DNA of 64,000 nt from Ignavibacteriales bacterium (GTDB taxonomy: Bacteria; Bacteroidota; Ignavibacteria; UBA10030), in the NCBI GenBank assembly GCA_026390585.1, contig JAPLFP010000360.1, positions 1,483 through 65,482 on the forward strand, given 5' to 3'. The notes under the pieces are model-generated. The model worked only from the letters and a program-made list of their open reading frames with translations. It ran no database searches and was not told the DNA's origin. Below are positions 19,377 to 29,012 of this stretch, piece after piece (the stretch's first letter is position 1; the number at the start of each line of letters is the position of its first letter). A program made the position numbers and the translations under genes.

Positions 19377-21299
19377 CTAGATTGAATCTCCACGCAAAAT
19401 CCGTATTCTCTTCCGCGCCTCTTCAACAAAGAGCGAAGTCGGGTAGTGTGCAAGAACGGCTTCGTAGGCCTCGATGGCCTTTTTCTTATCTTTGAGTCTT
19501 CCTTCGTATACTTCTCCAATCCTCATCTGTGCGCGATCCCGCAGGATGCTTGTTGGCAAATCGTTGATGATTCGGCTGAAGACCATGAGCGCTGAATCCG
19601 GTTTGTTGAGCAGAAGGTGAAGATCTCCCGTTCTCATCATCGCGTTGTCGAGGAGCGGTGTTACCGCAAATCGCTTCGTTACAGATTCAAACAGCGCGAG
19701 CGCCTCTGAGTACTTTCGTTGTCGAACGAGGAGGTCGGCGCGAGCAAATTCGGCTAACGCCTCCTGTCCAGCTTCTTTGTTCCCCTGAATAAAATAGAGA
19801 AGTTGCAGAGCGTCATTGGCCAGATCGTTGGCAAGGTTGTGGCTTATCCGCTGAAGAGAACTGACGGCGGTATCAAATCTGGCTTCGAAGTAGTTCAACT
19901 CGGCAATTCGATACAGAACTCGATCGCGATATTGTTCCGGCGCCATCGTGAGTAGCTGCCCGTACTCGCGATGCGCCCGGATGAGATCGTTGTGGGCGGT
20001 TTGAATCTCGCCGAGGCTCATCGTTGCCTCAACCGCCAGAATTCCGTTGTATGGCAACCTTCGTACCGTATCAAATGCCGCTGCTGCACCGTCGAGATCG
20101 AAGAAGCGGTTGAACCGAATCATCCCTATGCGGAAGAAGGCTTGCATGGCAATGTCTGTGTTCGGATAGTCCCGGGTGAGCCGATCATAGAGCGCCATCG
20201 CCCCCTGAAATGTCGGCTGGAATTCAGACACCCTGGTGTTTTCAGTGCTCCCCGGGCTCGATGCCGGCGTTCTGCCCGAGAGTTGGGCAAGCGTGTCATT
20301 CTCAGCGCTAAGCTCTTCAAGGGCCCTCGCGTATCCAAGACGCGCGAGCGGAAGAATGTCTTGTCGCTCATTTTTGTCCATAACCTCTCGAAATGCTTTT
20401 GCAGCCACCGCGTACGCACGTTCTTGTGCGGCCCGTTCACCAAACTGGAAGATTTCGTGACCGTTTGCCTTCGTCAAATGGTCAATACGTCGGTACTGCT
20501 CAAGGGCTGCATCAAATTCCTTCCCATCCATATAGAGCCAGGCGAGAAGGGAGAGGACCGGAATCTGTTCGGGTGTCTGTTGCACTTCCTTCTGAACAAC
20601 CGCCAGTGCAGCCCGCCGCGCCTCTTCATGCCCAGTGTAGGACGACAGCCGTGCCTCCACGTATGTGACCTGCTGAGGATTTGATCGCACGAGCTTCACG
20701 TACTCGCTTGCTGCCAACTCATACTGATGAAGGGCGCCGTAGAGCGATGCAAGTTCTTCGAGGAAGACCAGCTGGTTTTTCGTGGCCTCCCGGCCTTCAA
20801 GATATATTTGAATCGCCCGTTCGTATTCCCTGTGATCGATGAGTTGAGCCGCAACCAGCCGATACAGATTCGCGTTCTGCCGATCTTTGCTGAAGATAAC
20901 GTGCCAGACAGAATCTGCTGTTTGTGTCTTTCCCGCCAGCTCATAGAGCCCGCCAAGCCAGGAGAGCAGATTTTCATCCAGCGGTTTTGCGCGAAGTTGC
21001 TGCCGAACCAAATCCATTGCCTTGTCGTACTCTTTGAGCTCGGTATACGATCGGCGTAATCCGTCCAGAATAATGAAGCTGTCCGCGTTGCTCTCCAGCA
21101 GCGACTCGTAGATCGTCGCTGCTTTTTCCCACTCCCCCGCCTGCTCAAAGCTTTGTGCCAGCCGGAGCTTCGTTGAAAGGTCAACCTGCTGCGAGAACAC
21201 GGGAACTCCGAATGACCACACACAGAATAGCGCGCACAACACCCGTCGCGCCGCGTGCACACTTTCTATGTTGAGAATTTTTCGTTGCGTCTTCGTCAT
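19377..21299 (-). CDS. secreted tetratricopeptide-repeat protein
   Basis: Signal-like N-terminus, many TPR-type helical repeats, ANDAL motif, C-terminal YPTSLFVEEARKRIRILRGD. Confidence 0.85.
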   Translation of the reverse strand: MTKTQRKILNIESVHAARRVLCALFCVWSFGVPVFSQQVDLSTKLRLAQSFEQAGEWEKAATIYESLLESNADSFIILDGLRRSYTELKEYDKAMDLVRQQLRAKPLDENLLSWLGGLYELAGKTQTADSVWHVIFSKDRQNANLYRLVAAQLIDHREYERAIQIYLEGREATKNQLVFLEELASLYGALHQYELAASEYVKLVRSNPQQVTYVEARLSSYTGHEEARRAALAVVQKEVQQTPEQIPVLSLLAWLYMDGKEFDAALEQYRRIDHLTKANGHEIFQFGERAAQERAYAVAAKAFREVMDKNERQDILPLARLGYARALEELSAENDTLAQLSGRTPASSPGSTENTRVSEFQPTFQGAMALYDRLTRDYPNTDIAMQAFFRIGMIRFNRFFDLDGAAAAFDTVRRLPYNGILAVEATMSLGEIQTAHNDLIRAHREYGQLLTMAPEQYRDRVLYRIAELNYFEARFDTAVSSLQRISHNLANDLANDALQLLYFIQGNKEAGQEALAEFARADLLVRQRKYSEALALFESVTKRFAVTPLLDNAMMRTGDLHLLLNKPDSALMVFSRIINDLPTSILRDRAQMRIGEVYEGRLKDKKKAIEAYEAVLAHYPTSLFVEEARKRIRILRGDSI

Positions 21300-21417
21300 G
21301 GAGCTTTCAACAACATATCAAAAAACCCCTGCTTAATCAAACCGGGAACATCCTGTCACCGTTTAACACTCAGAGCACACTGCAGTGTTCCGCGTTGTCG
21401 CGCATACATCCGCTTGG

Positions 21418-21446
21418 TTGCTTTGCCACATGAATTTGCGTAACTT
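21418..21446 (+). promoter_or_regulatory. putative sigma70 promoter for dxr-rseP
   Basis: TTGCTT-17 nt-TAACTT shortly before dxr ATG. Confidence 0.4.
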
Positions 21447-21457
21447 TTTGTGTTGCC

Positions 21458-22609
21458 ATGCTTAAACGCAAAAACATCGCGATCCTTGGATCAACCGGCT
21501 CGATCGGACAAAACAGCCTGGAGGTCATCAGGAATTTTCCTGATCATTTCGCTGCCACGTACCTGACGGCAAATACCAATATTGATCTGCTCGAGCAACA
21601 GATTCGGCTTTTTCATCCCCGCGGTGTTGTTGTGTTGGACGCGGGTTGTGCTGCCACTCTTCGGGGCCGCGTTGACAGTTCTGTTGAAGTCTTATGCGGG
21701 GAGGATGGATTGGTGCAAGCTGTGACGCGCGACGAGGTTGACATCGTCATAAGTTCACTCGTCGGGTTTGCGGGTCTAAAACCCACCATCGCGGCAATTC
21801 AACACCACAAACGCATCGCCCTGGCGAACAAAGAGACCCTTGTTGTCGCCGGGGGGTTGATTACATCGCTCGTGAAGGAATACGGCGTCGACCTTCTCCC
21901 TGTTGACAGTGAGCACAGCGCTATACTCCAATGTCTTGCTGGAGAAGATCGCTCTTTGGTGACACGGCTCATTCTCACGGCCTCGGGGGGACCGTTTCTC
22001 AACACCCCCTCCGAATTGTTTCCTACGCTTACCGTCGAGAACGCGCTGAGCCATCCCAACTGGAAGATGGGGAACAAGATCACCATCGACTCCGCAACCT
22101 TGATGAACAAAGGGCTTGAGGTTATCGAAGCGCACTGGCTGTTTGCCCTGCCAGCGGAAAGGATTCACGTTGTCATACATCCCCAGTCCATTATTCATTC
22201 CATGGTTGAGTTTGTCGACGGATCCATCAAAGCTCAACTCGGCCTGCCGGACATGAAGCTACCCATTCAATATGCCCTTTCGTACCCTGAGCGTTGGCCA
22301 ATGAACGGGGCAAGAGTTGATTTCCCTGCCCTGCGGTCAATGACATTCTTCGAGCCCGATCGGGCGAAGTTTCGCTGCCTTGATCTTGCCTACGATGCTC
22401 TCTCTCTCGGCGGAACCGCTCCCACCATTCTGAACGCCGCAAATGAAATGGCCGTCAGCGCTTTTTTGCAGCACCGCATATCATTTGAAAAAATACCGGT
22501 TGCTATTGAGCGCGCTCTTTCGCTGCACAAGACTCGCCCAAACCCGGATTTGCAGGATATCATTGAAGCTGATCGTCAGGTTCGGGCATTTGTGGGAACT
22601 CTTTTATAG
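21458..22609 (+). CDS. dxr: 1-deoxy-D-xylulose 5-phosphate reductoisomerase
   Basis: LGSTGSIG, LANKE, PVDSEHSA, TASGGPF, HPNWKMG.KITIDSATLMNKGLE. Confidence 0.98.
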   Translation: MLKRKNIAILGSTGSIGQNSLEVIRNFPDHFAATYLTANTNIDLLEQQIRLFHPRGVVVLDAGCAATLRGRVDSSVEVLCGEDGLVQAVTRDEVDIVISSLVGFAGLKPTIAAIQHHKRIALANKETLVVAGGLITSLVKEYGVDLLPVDSEHSAILQCLAGEDRSLVTRLILTASGGPFLNTPSELFPTLTVENALSHPNWKMGNKITIDSATLMNKGLEVIEAHWLFALPAERIHVVIHPQSIIHSMVEFVDGSIKAQLGLPDMKLPIQYALSYPERWPMNGARVDFPALRSMTFFEPDRAKFRCLDLAYDALSLGGTAPTILNAANEMAVSAFLQHRISFEKIPVAIERALSLHKTRPNPDLQDIIEADRQVRAFVGTLL

Positions 22610-22678
22610 GAAATTCCGTATTACTTTGGGGGATCGCCCTCCGGAACGCTTTCGTTTTCGCCGTCACGTGAGATCTCA

Positions 22679-23992
22679 ATGGATTTTCTGCCAACAACAT
22701 TCTACTTCCTTCTTACAATAGGCGTTCTCGTGCTTGTGCATGAGCTGGGACATTTTCTTGCCGCCAAGCTTTTTGGCATGCGTGTGGACCGCTTCAGCAT
22801 TGGTTTTCCACCCCGCGCCTTTGGGAAAAAAATTGGAGATACAGATTACTGTGTCTCGTGGATTCCCCTCGGCGGATATGTAAAAATCGCCGGAATGGTC
22901 GACGAAAGTTTCGACACGGATTTCATCAATGAGGACCCTAAACCTTGGGAGTTTCGCTCGAAACCAATCTGGCAGCGACTGATTGTCATCTGCGCCGGCG
23001 TTGCCATGAACATTTTCCTCGCAGTTGTTATCTTTTGGGGAATCATCTACTACCAAGGTAAGACTGTACGACCGGTAACCGAAGTGGGGTACGTGGAGGC
23101 TGAGAGTCCTGCAGCAAAAGCGGGCTTTCAACTAGGAGATATCATCAGCAGTGTGAATGGCAGAGCGGTGGCTCATTGGGAAGATGTTGAAAACTTTGTC
23201 TACACAGACGCTCTGGCGGGAAGTCTGACGCTGAACATCAGGCGCGGCAACGAGCCGATGACGATCACGATGACGCAACCCCTCGTCTCCGCAATTCTCG
23301 AAGACCGTTTTGGTTTATCTCCCCCGGGAATGGCCCCGTACATCGCAAGCGTCGAGCCCGGAAAGCCCGCTGAAAAAGCCGGCCTTAAACCCGGCGACGT
23401 AATCGTCAGCGTGAATGGAGAAACCGTTTCTTACCAGTCCTTGCAGGAAAGGGTCAAACAAAGTTCGGCAAAAGAGGTCACCATTCGGTGGAAACGGAAT
23501 GAGACCATCCAGGAGGCACGGATTACACCTACCGCTGATGGAAAGATCGGCGTGAGTTTTTCTCGGGTGTACACCGGACCGGTTGAACAGATTCACTACT
23601 CTTTGCTTGCCTCGTTGCCCGAGGGGATCTCTGACGCCTGGAATATGAGCTGGATGAATCTCAAAAGCATTTACCAGATCCTTGTTGGACGAGTATCATT
23701 CTCCAAGTCCGTCGCGGGCCCCATTATGATTGCTAAGATGGCAACTCGTTCAGCAGAAGTGGGTATCATAAGCTTTTTGGGTTTCATGGCGTTGCTCAGT
23801 ATGAACCTCGCGATTCTCAACCTTTTTCCGTTTCCTGCACTCGACGGCGGTCACGCCGTGTTTCTGGTCTACGAAGGAATTTTCCGCCGTGAGATACCGG
23901 CGAAGGTGAAAATTGCCATCCAGCAGGTCGGATTCGTCCTGTTGCTTGTGTTTATGGCCTTCGTTCTGTATAATGACATCATTCGATTCTAG
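22679..23992 (+). CDS. rseP: RIP metalloprotease RseP
   Basis: HELGH, PLGGYVK, two PDZ domains, NLFPFPALDGGH. Confidence 0.96.
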   Translation: MDFLPTTFYFLLTIGVLVLVHELGHFLAAKLFGMRVDRFSIGFPPRAFGKKIGDTDYCVSWIPLGGYVKIAGMVDESFDTDFINEDPKPWEFRSKPIWQRLIVICAGVAMNIFLAVVIFWGIIYYQGKTVRPVTEVGYVEAESPAAKAGFQLGDIISSVNGRAVAHWEDVENFVYTDALAGSLTLNIRRGNEPMTITMTQPLVSAILEDRFGLSPPGMAPYIASVEPGKPAEKAGLKPGDVIVSVNGETVSYQSLQERVKQSSAKEVTIRWKRNETIQEARITPTADGKIGVSFSRVYTGPVEQIHYSLLASLPEGISDAWNMSWMNLKSIYQILVGRVSFSKSVAGPIMIAKMATRSAEVGIISFLGFMALLSMNLAILNLFPFPALDGGHAVFLVYEGIFRREIPAKVKIAIQQVGFVLLLVFMAFVLYNDIIRF

Positions 23993-24002
23993 TCTCTCCG
24001 CG

Positions 24003-24018
24003 TGTGACTTTTGTCACC
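24003..24018. promoter_or_regulatory. CRP/FNR-family-like binding site
   Basis: TGTGA-CTTTTG-TCACC, one mismatch to TGTGA-N6-TCACA, in the rseP-24083 gap. Confidence 0.45.
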
Positions 24019-24082
24019 CCTACTCAAGACGTTGTGGCTTAGTTTTTCAGTAAACTATCTTATTCAACAAGGAGGGATCTTT

Positions 24083-25270
24083 ATGAAAAAAGTTCTGTTG
24101 GCCGATGGGGCGGGTTTCTTCCGTTTCTGCACGGTGCTTGCCGCGTTGGGAACGTGGTTATTCCTCGCTCCCTCCTCCTTCGCCCAAACAAATACCTATA
24201 CGCTACAGTTCATGGGTCTCCCGACGGGGAGTATTGAATTGACTCAATACATCGGCCTCGATGGAAAACTCAAGCCCGATGTTGGGGGGCAAACTCTCCG
24301 CATAACGGTTACACCACCGTTAGCTCAGCCAAAATCGGTAGTGCTGACTGTTGTTGTTGCTGGATCGGGCTCATCGACAACGCAGTGCAACGCAGAGATT
24401 GCCAGGGCGACCACAAGAGCATTTCAAATCCCCGCCAATGTCGCGACGATGGATCTCGGCTCTGCTTCCTTCACTGGATCCTCCGCTATTGGTGTGCAGT
24501 CCTCATATACAAACCAACCTTGCATCGACGCCCTTAAAGACAAGATGACGAGCGGTGTTTTCTCGATCCCCGCAGGGATATACACCATCAGCGCAACTCT
24601 AATCGACGCCTCAACCCTCAGAGCGCTGAACGTGGGCGATCCAAACCAGCCGGCGGTAATTCAGATCTCAGGCGCCTCAACGAACGAAGCGATACTCAAT
24701 CTTACATCTCCGCAGAACGGTGATCAGGTTCCGTCAACCGGAAGCGTGGTCTTCAGTTTTGACAATTCCATGCCTGGTCGTCTGCTAGCATTCGAGCATT
24801 CGTCCCTTACACAATCTCAGGAAGACGCGACGCGCGACCTCAATTCGCCGTTGAAGATGCTCGATGTTTCGGTGACTTCCATCGGCAGCAACCAGGTGCA
24901 AGCTGCCTATCCGGGCGTTGCTCTCCGCGGCTGGACAGCTGGAAAGAAATACTCCTGGTTGTTTCTTGGATCGGTTCAGGGCTCCACTGATGTGCGGCGC
25001 AGTGCGGTGTGGTCATTCACGGTGGTCTCGAACGATCCGATCCTTGCCCAACTCGCTGCGGCTCTTATGAGTTCTCCAGATCCTATCGGCTCAACGTACA
25101 ACAACCTGGTCAATTCTGGGTACACGCTCGCGCCCCCAGGCTCCAACCCAATGTATCTGCAAGAGGGTGATAATGGGACGCCTCGAGCGATCGACGTTTC
25201 ACAAGTGCTGACGTGGCTTGCTGATCTTGCGCGCCGCAACGTCCAAGTCAAAGCCGTCGTCACCCAATAA
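24083..25270 (+). CDS. secreted beta-rich hypothetical protein (Ig/FN3-like; YP...GKKYSW motif reminiscent of DUF928)
   Basis: GGAGGG SD, signal peptide ending SFA-Q, LTSPQNGDQV, YPGVALRGWTAGKKYSW..SAVWSF. Confidence 0.7.
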   Translation: MKKVLLADGAGFFRFCTVLAALGTWLFLAPSSFAQTNTYTLQFMGLPTGSIELTQYIGLDGKLKPDVGGQTLRITVTPPLAQPKSVVLTVVVAGSGSSTTQCNAEIARATTRAFQIPANVATMDLGSASFTGSSAIGVQSSYTNQPCIDALKDKMTSGVFSIPAGIYTISATLIDASTLRALNVGDPNQPAVIQISGASTNEAILNLTSPQNGDQVPSTGSVVFSFDNSMPGRLLAFEHSSLTQSQEDATRDLNSPLKMLDVSVTSIGSNQVQAAYPGVALRGWTAGKKYSWLFLGSVQGSTDVRRSAVWSFTVVSNDPILAQLAAALMSSPDPIGSTYNNLVNSGYTLAPPGSNPMYLQEGDNGTPRAIDVSQVLTWLADLARRNVQVKAVVTQ

Positions 25271-25293
25271 CATCCTGGATGGAGGAATTTCCG

Positions 25294-26370
25294 ATGAATC
25301 GTTCATTTGTTCTTGTGATTATCGTCATCGTCGCCGCTCTTCTCGCGGCACCGGCGTGGAATTTCCAGGACAAGAAGCCGATCGCAGCGTACATCATCAA
25401 GGTGGTGAAAGATGTTGAGCGGCGGTCGGGCCCGACGTCGGGCTGGAGCAAGGCGATGCTTCTCTCTGAGTTAAAAGCCGGCTATGAGGTCCGGACACAG
25501 GACAAATCGTTTGCAATGATCAAGTTCGCAGACGAGTCAAAGGTTTCCGTGCGCGAAAAATCTATCATCACAATTTCGGGAGAGGTTTCCGGTGGCAAGA
25601 TCCTGAATCGTGACGTCTTCATTGAACGGGGGCGCGCTGTTTTCAACATCAAGAAGCAAGAGACAGAGCAGTTCCGCTTCACGTCGCCGATTTCCGTGGC
25701 CTCAATCCGCGGCACGGAAGGTGGAACGGGATTCGATCCTGGCACAACAACTTCAGACCTCACGCTCATCACGGGTGTTGCTGAGTTTACGAGCACGCGA
25801 ACCGAATGTAAGCTCGTGGTGCACGCCGGCGAGACAGGCCTCATCGACAGCACGGGCTGCAGGGCCGATACGGCCTCACTGAGGGCGCTGCAGAACAACA
25901 ATCCAAACTCCGGTGTGAATCAGGGCACCGCAGTAGATACTGTCGCCGGGTACCGGACCACAACAACGACAAGATTCTCTCTGAATACTTCTCTCAGCGG
26001 CACTTTGCAATCCGGTCAGGGGGCGGCGCTCAGGCTCTCTCTGGCGAACCCACCGGTCGATATCACCCAGGCAACCATGCGTTACCGAAACCAGGGTGAG
26101 ACGTCGTTCAAGACGCTGACGTTGACAATGAGTGGTGTCAATCTCTCCGGCACAATACCCGGCACCGACATCAAGGCGGGTACGACAAAGATATTTGAGT
26201 ACTACTTCTCGATGGCGGGCTCGGACGGGAAGACCTACTCGTTCCCGGAAACAACGCCCGAAGCAAACCCATACACGTTGCCGATAAAACCGAGGGTGGT
26301 GTATCTCAAAATCCCGATAACAACCCCCAACGGAGAGTTGCGTTTTCTGCAGATCTCGTACGAAGAATAA
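25294..26370 (+). CDS. exported FecR-domain protein with C-terminal Ig-like domain
   Basis: GGAGGA SD, hydrophobic N-terminus, G.EVRT..KS.A.IKF.DESKV, SPISVASIRGT, ITGVAEF. Confidence 0.82.
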   Translation: MNRSFVLVIIVIVAALLAAPAWNFQDKKPIAAYIIKVVKDVERRSGPTSGWSKAMLLSELKAGYEVRTQDKSFAMIKFADESKVSVREKSIITISGEVSGGKILNRDVFIERGRAVFNIKKQETEQFRFTSPISVASIRGTEGGTGFDPGTTTSDLTLITGVAEFTSTRTECKLVVHAGETGLIDSTGCRADTASLRALQNNNPNSGVNQGTAVDTVAGYRTTTTTRFSLNTSLSGTLQSGQGAALRLSLANPPVDITQATMRYRNQGETSFKTLTLTMSGVNLSGTIPGTDIKAGTTKIFEYYFSMAGSDGKTYSFPETTPEANPYTLPIKPRVVYLKIPITTPNGELRFLQISYEE

Positions 26371-26397
26371 TCCCAAGGAGGTCGCATTGCCGGTTTA

Positions 26398-26426
26398 TTG
26401 CTTCTCGTAGTTGGTTTTAATACATT
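26398..26426 (+). promoter_or_regulatory. putative internal sigma70 promoter
   Basis: TTGCTT-17 nt-TACATT between the FecR-domain and barrel genes. Confidence 0.4.
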
Positions 26427-26460
26427 GACGGCAGGTCGGGAGACCTGCCGTCTGCTTTTC
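26427..26460 (+). terminator. strong hairpin, weak terminator or mRNA stabiliser
   Basis: GACGGCAGGTC-GGGA-GACCTGCCGTC (11-bp stem, GNRA loop) followed by TGCTTTTC. Confidence 0.55.
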
Positions 26461-26517
26461 AATCAATCTGTCTGTTCGCCTTTCCTTGTCACCTTCTACT
26501 ATCACAGGAGACCCCTC

Positions 26518-28989
26518 ATGAATCGCTCTCTTGTTTCTCTTGTAGCCGTTGTTTGTATGATCTGTGCGGCTTCCCTCACGGCTCAAGCTCAAGTGAGTTC
26601 TGTCGTCCTGCGCGTGAATGCGCCTGTCGTGAGTCAAAACCAACCCTTGCCAATCAGCGTTGAGTTCACTCCCAGCGGCAATGTCGAGCGCGTCTTCCTC
26701 AGATATCGCGGGTTCGGGGAAAGTGAGTACCGGCAGCAAGAAATGCTCATGGCTGGCAATTCTGCAACAGCCACCCTCGCGGCTCAATACGTTATGCCCC
26801 CATACATTGAGTATTACATTCTGGTGGCGTTGTCAAGCGGCCGCTCCGAGACGTTTCCCATCGAAAATGCTGAGTCAACTCCCCTCAAGGCCACAGTGAA
26901 ACCCGTTGATCCAAAATCCCTCGAAGTGCGCGTCCTCAGTCCTGAGCAAGGCGAGACCGTAGCGAACGAAGATCTTGTTATTGCCGTTTCACTCTTCTAC
27001 GCCACAGACAACGTGAACAAGAAGGGGACGAAACTCTTCCTCAATGGAGTTGATGTCACGGCACAGGCAATATTCTCCGACGATGTTATCCTGTATTCAC
27101 CCGCAACCTTCCCTCGCCCTTTGAGTCTTGGCGTTCAGTTTCTCCGCGTCGAGCTCTACGACAACAGCGGCGGGTTGTACCACACCATCGAATCAAACTT
27201 CAGCCTCTCAACAGCTGCTGCGATCGCTGCTGAAGAGTCAAGGATGCGTTTTGGGTTGAATGGTTCGGCAGAATTCCGAAACGAAGATGTTGGCGTTACA
27301 AAGAACACGTTTGTCCGCGGACAGTTACAGGCGGCCGGCACATTCAAATCCCTGAACTTTGGCTCGAATATCTTCATCACCAACGAGGAAAAATCCGACC
27401 GCCAGCCACAGGATCGCTTCATGGCGTACGGGGATCTCGATGTCCTCAAGGTTCAACTGGGTGATGCATTCCCGAAATTCCCGACGAACATCGTCAGCGG
27501 TAAGAGAGTGCGGGGTGTTTCAGCAAACCTTCTGCTGAAGTTCTTCAACGTCGACTTTGCCTACGGCGAAACGATGCGTAGTATTGATGGATTTGTCGTC
27601 GATACATTAAAATATGCCGACACCACTGCGGCCAAATCCCGACCTGCAAACACCGTCCAGCAACCCGGATATCCGCTGCGATACTTGACCTTCCAGTCTG
27701 GCACGTTCTCCCGCAGCTTCATGGCTATCAGGCCGAGCTTTGGGTCGGGAGAAAACTTTCAGTTCGGTCTTACATATATGAATTCCAAAGACAAGGTCGA
27801 GTCAATCAAATATGGCCTTACACCCCAGGAAAACCTCGTTGCCGGAACCGATCTGCTTATAGCGTTTGACGACCAGCGATTCCGCATCGACGGCCAGGCT
27901 TCGCTAAGCCTGACAAACCGCGACATCAGCACGGGGAACTTCACCGATGCAGACTACGCTCTCCTCGCCGGAACGAACGACCCAACCCTGACTCCATCTC
28001 AAAAGGCCGATCGACAGAAAACTTCTGATGACCTTAAGAAAATAGCCGACTTCGGCGGAAAATTCATCACGGTCAATGAAAACCTGTTCCCGCTCAACCC
28101 CGTTGGCAAGGGCCTTCCCGGTGTTGCCTATGATGGCACCCTCTCACTCAATTATTTCAACAACTACATCCGGGCGCAGTACTACCAACGCGGCGCGGCG
28201 TATCTTTCTTTTGGCAACGAGTTTCTCCAGGCAGATATCCAGGGGCTGGCGCTTTCAGACCGCATACGGCTGTTCCAGAACAGGGTTTTGCTGAGCCTTT
28301 CCTACGAAAAGCGAAAAGACAACACTGCCGAAACCAAGGTGGCCACCACGACCTACGGCAATATGAACGGATCGTTGACGATATTCCCCGCAGCCAACCT
28401 GCCGTCATTCACACTCGGTTATGGCGTCCTTTCGCGTTCAAGCGATGCGAGCTTGACCGATTCGCTTCAGAAGCTGTACGCTGCTGACGATCAGACAAGT
28501 CGGATTTCCCTTCAAATCAATTATGATTTTACACTCGGCGCGCGCCACAACCTTTCTCTGGGTGCAAACCTGTCCGACAAGAAGGACAATCTCCCCGTCA
28601 ACCTCAACCGGGGCGAGCAAAAGAACAACAGCTATTTCGGATCACTCACGACCTTTTTCCGGATTCCGCTGCAGACAACGATTTCATTCAACACCAACAT
28701 GACACAGAGTTCTGCCTTGATCTCTTCACCTCTTGCAGGGATTCCCTTGCAGGACTTCAAGCTCACCTCTTTTTCGCTCAACGCCCAGTACCGCTTGCTT
28801 GAGGACAAACTGCGTCTCGCCTCAACGGTGAGCAATTCGTCTGGCGATCTTAAGCGGACGCTTGTGCAGGTTGGCGCCGATTACTCCATCACGAACAATC
28901 ACGCGCTGGCGTTTGAGTATGATTACATCAACAACACTGGCTACAAAAACGACAGCATCATGAGCCTGATCTATCGGTTCAACTTCTAA
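26518..28989 (+). CDS. outer-membrane beta-barrel protein with N-terminal Ig-like domains
   Basis: AGGAG SD, signal peptide AQA-Q, alternating amphipathic strands in the C-terminal two-thirds, terminal YRFNF beta-signal. Confidence 0.75.
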   Translation: MNRSLVSLVAVVCMICAASLTAQAQVSSVVLRVNAPVVSQNQPLPISVEFTPSGNVERVFLRYRGFGESEYRQQEMLMAGNSATATLAAQYVMPPYIEYYILVALSSGRSETFPIENAESTPLKATVKPVDPKSLEVRVLSPEQGETVANEDLVIAVSLFYATDNVNKKGTKLFLNGVDVTAQAIFSDDVILYSPATFPRPLSLGVQFLRVELYDNSGGLYHTIESNFSLSTAAAIAAEESRMRFGLNGSAEFRNEDVGVTKNTFVRGQLQAAGTFKSLNFGSNIFITNEEKSDRQPQDRFMAYGDLDVLKVQLGDAFPKFPTNIVSGKRVRGVSANLLLKFFNVDFAYGETMRSIDGFVVDTLKYADTTAAKSRPANTVQQPGYPLRYLTFQSGTFSRSFMAIRPSFGSGENFQFGLTYMNSKDKVESIKYGLTPQENLVAGTDLLIAFDDQRFRIDGQASLSLTNRDISTGNFTDADYALLAGTNDPTLTPSQKADRQKTSDDLKKIADFGGKFITVNENLFPLNPVGKGLPGVAYDGTLSLNYFNNYIRAQYYQRGAAYLSFGNEFLQADIQGLALSDRIRLFQNRVLLSLSYEKRKDNTAETKVATTTYGNMNGSLTIFPAANLPSFTLGYGVLSRSSDASLTDSLQKLYAADDQTSRISLQINYDFTLGARHNLSLGANLSDKKDNLPVNLNRGEQKNNSYFGSLTTFFRIPLQTTISFNTNMTQSSALISSPLAGIPLQDFKLTSFSLNAQYRLLEDKLRLASTVSNSSGDLKRTLVQVGADYSITNNHALAFEYDYINNTGYKNDSIMSLIYRFNF

Positions 28990-29012
28990 GTCTGACATCT
29001 GAAAGGCGTTCA

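Noticed and set aside
22679-23992. RseP as a dedicated protease for the neighbouring FecR-domain protein
   Set aside because: dxr-rseP is a housekeeping pair, and this FecR protein lacks a cytoplasmic anti-sigma segment, so adjacency is weak evidence.
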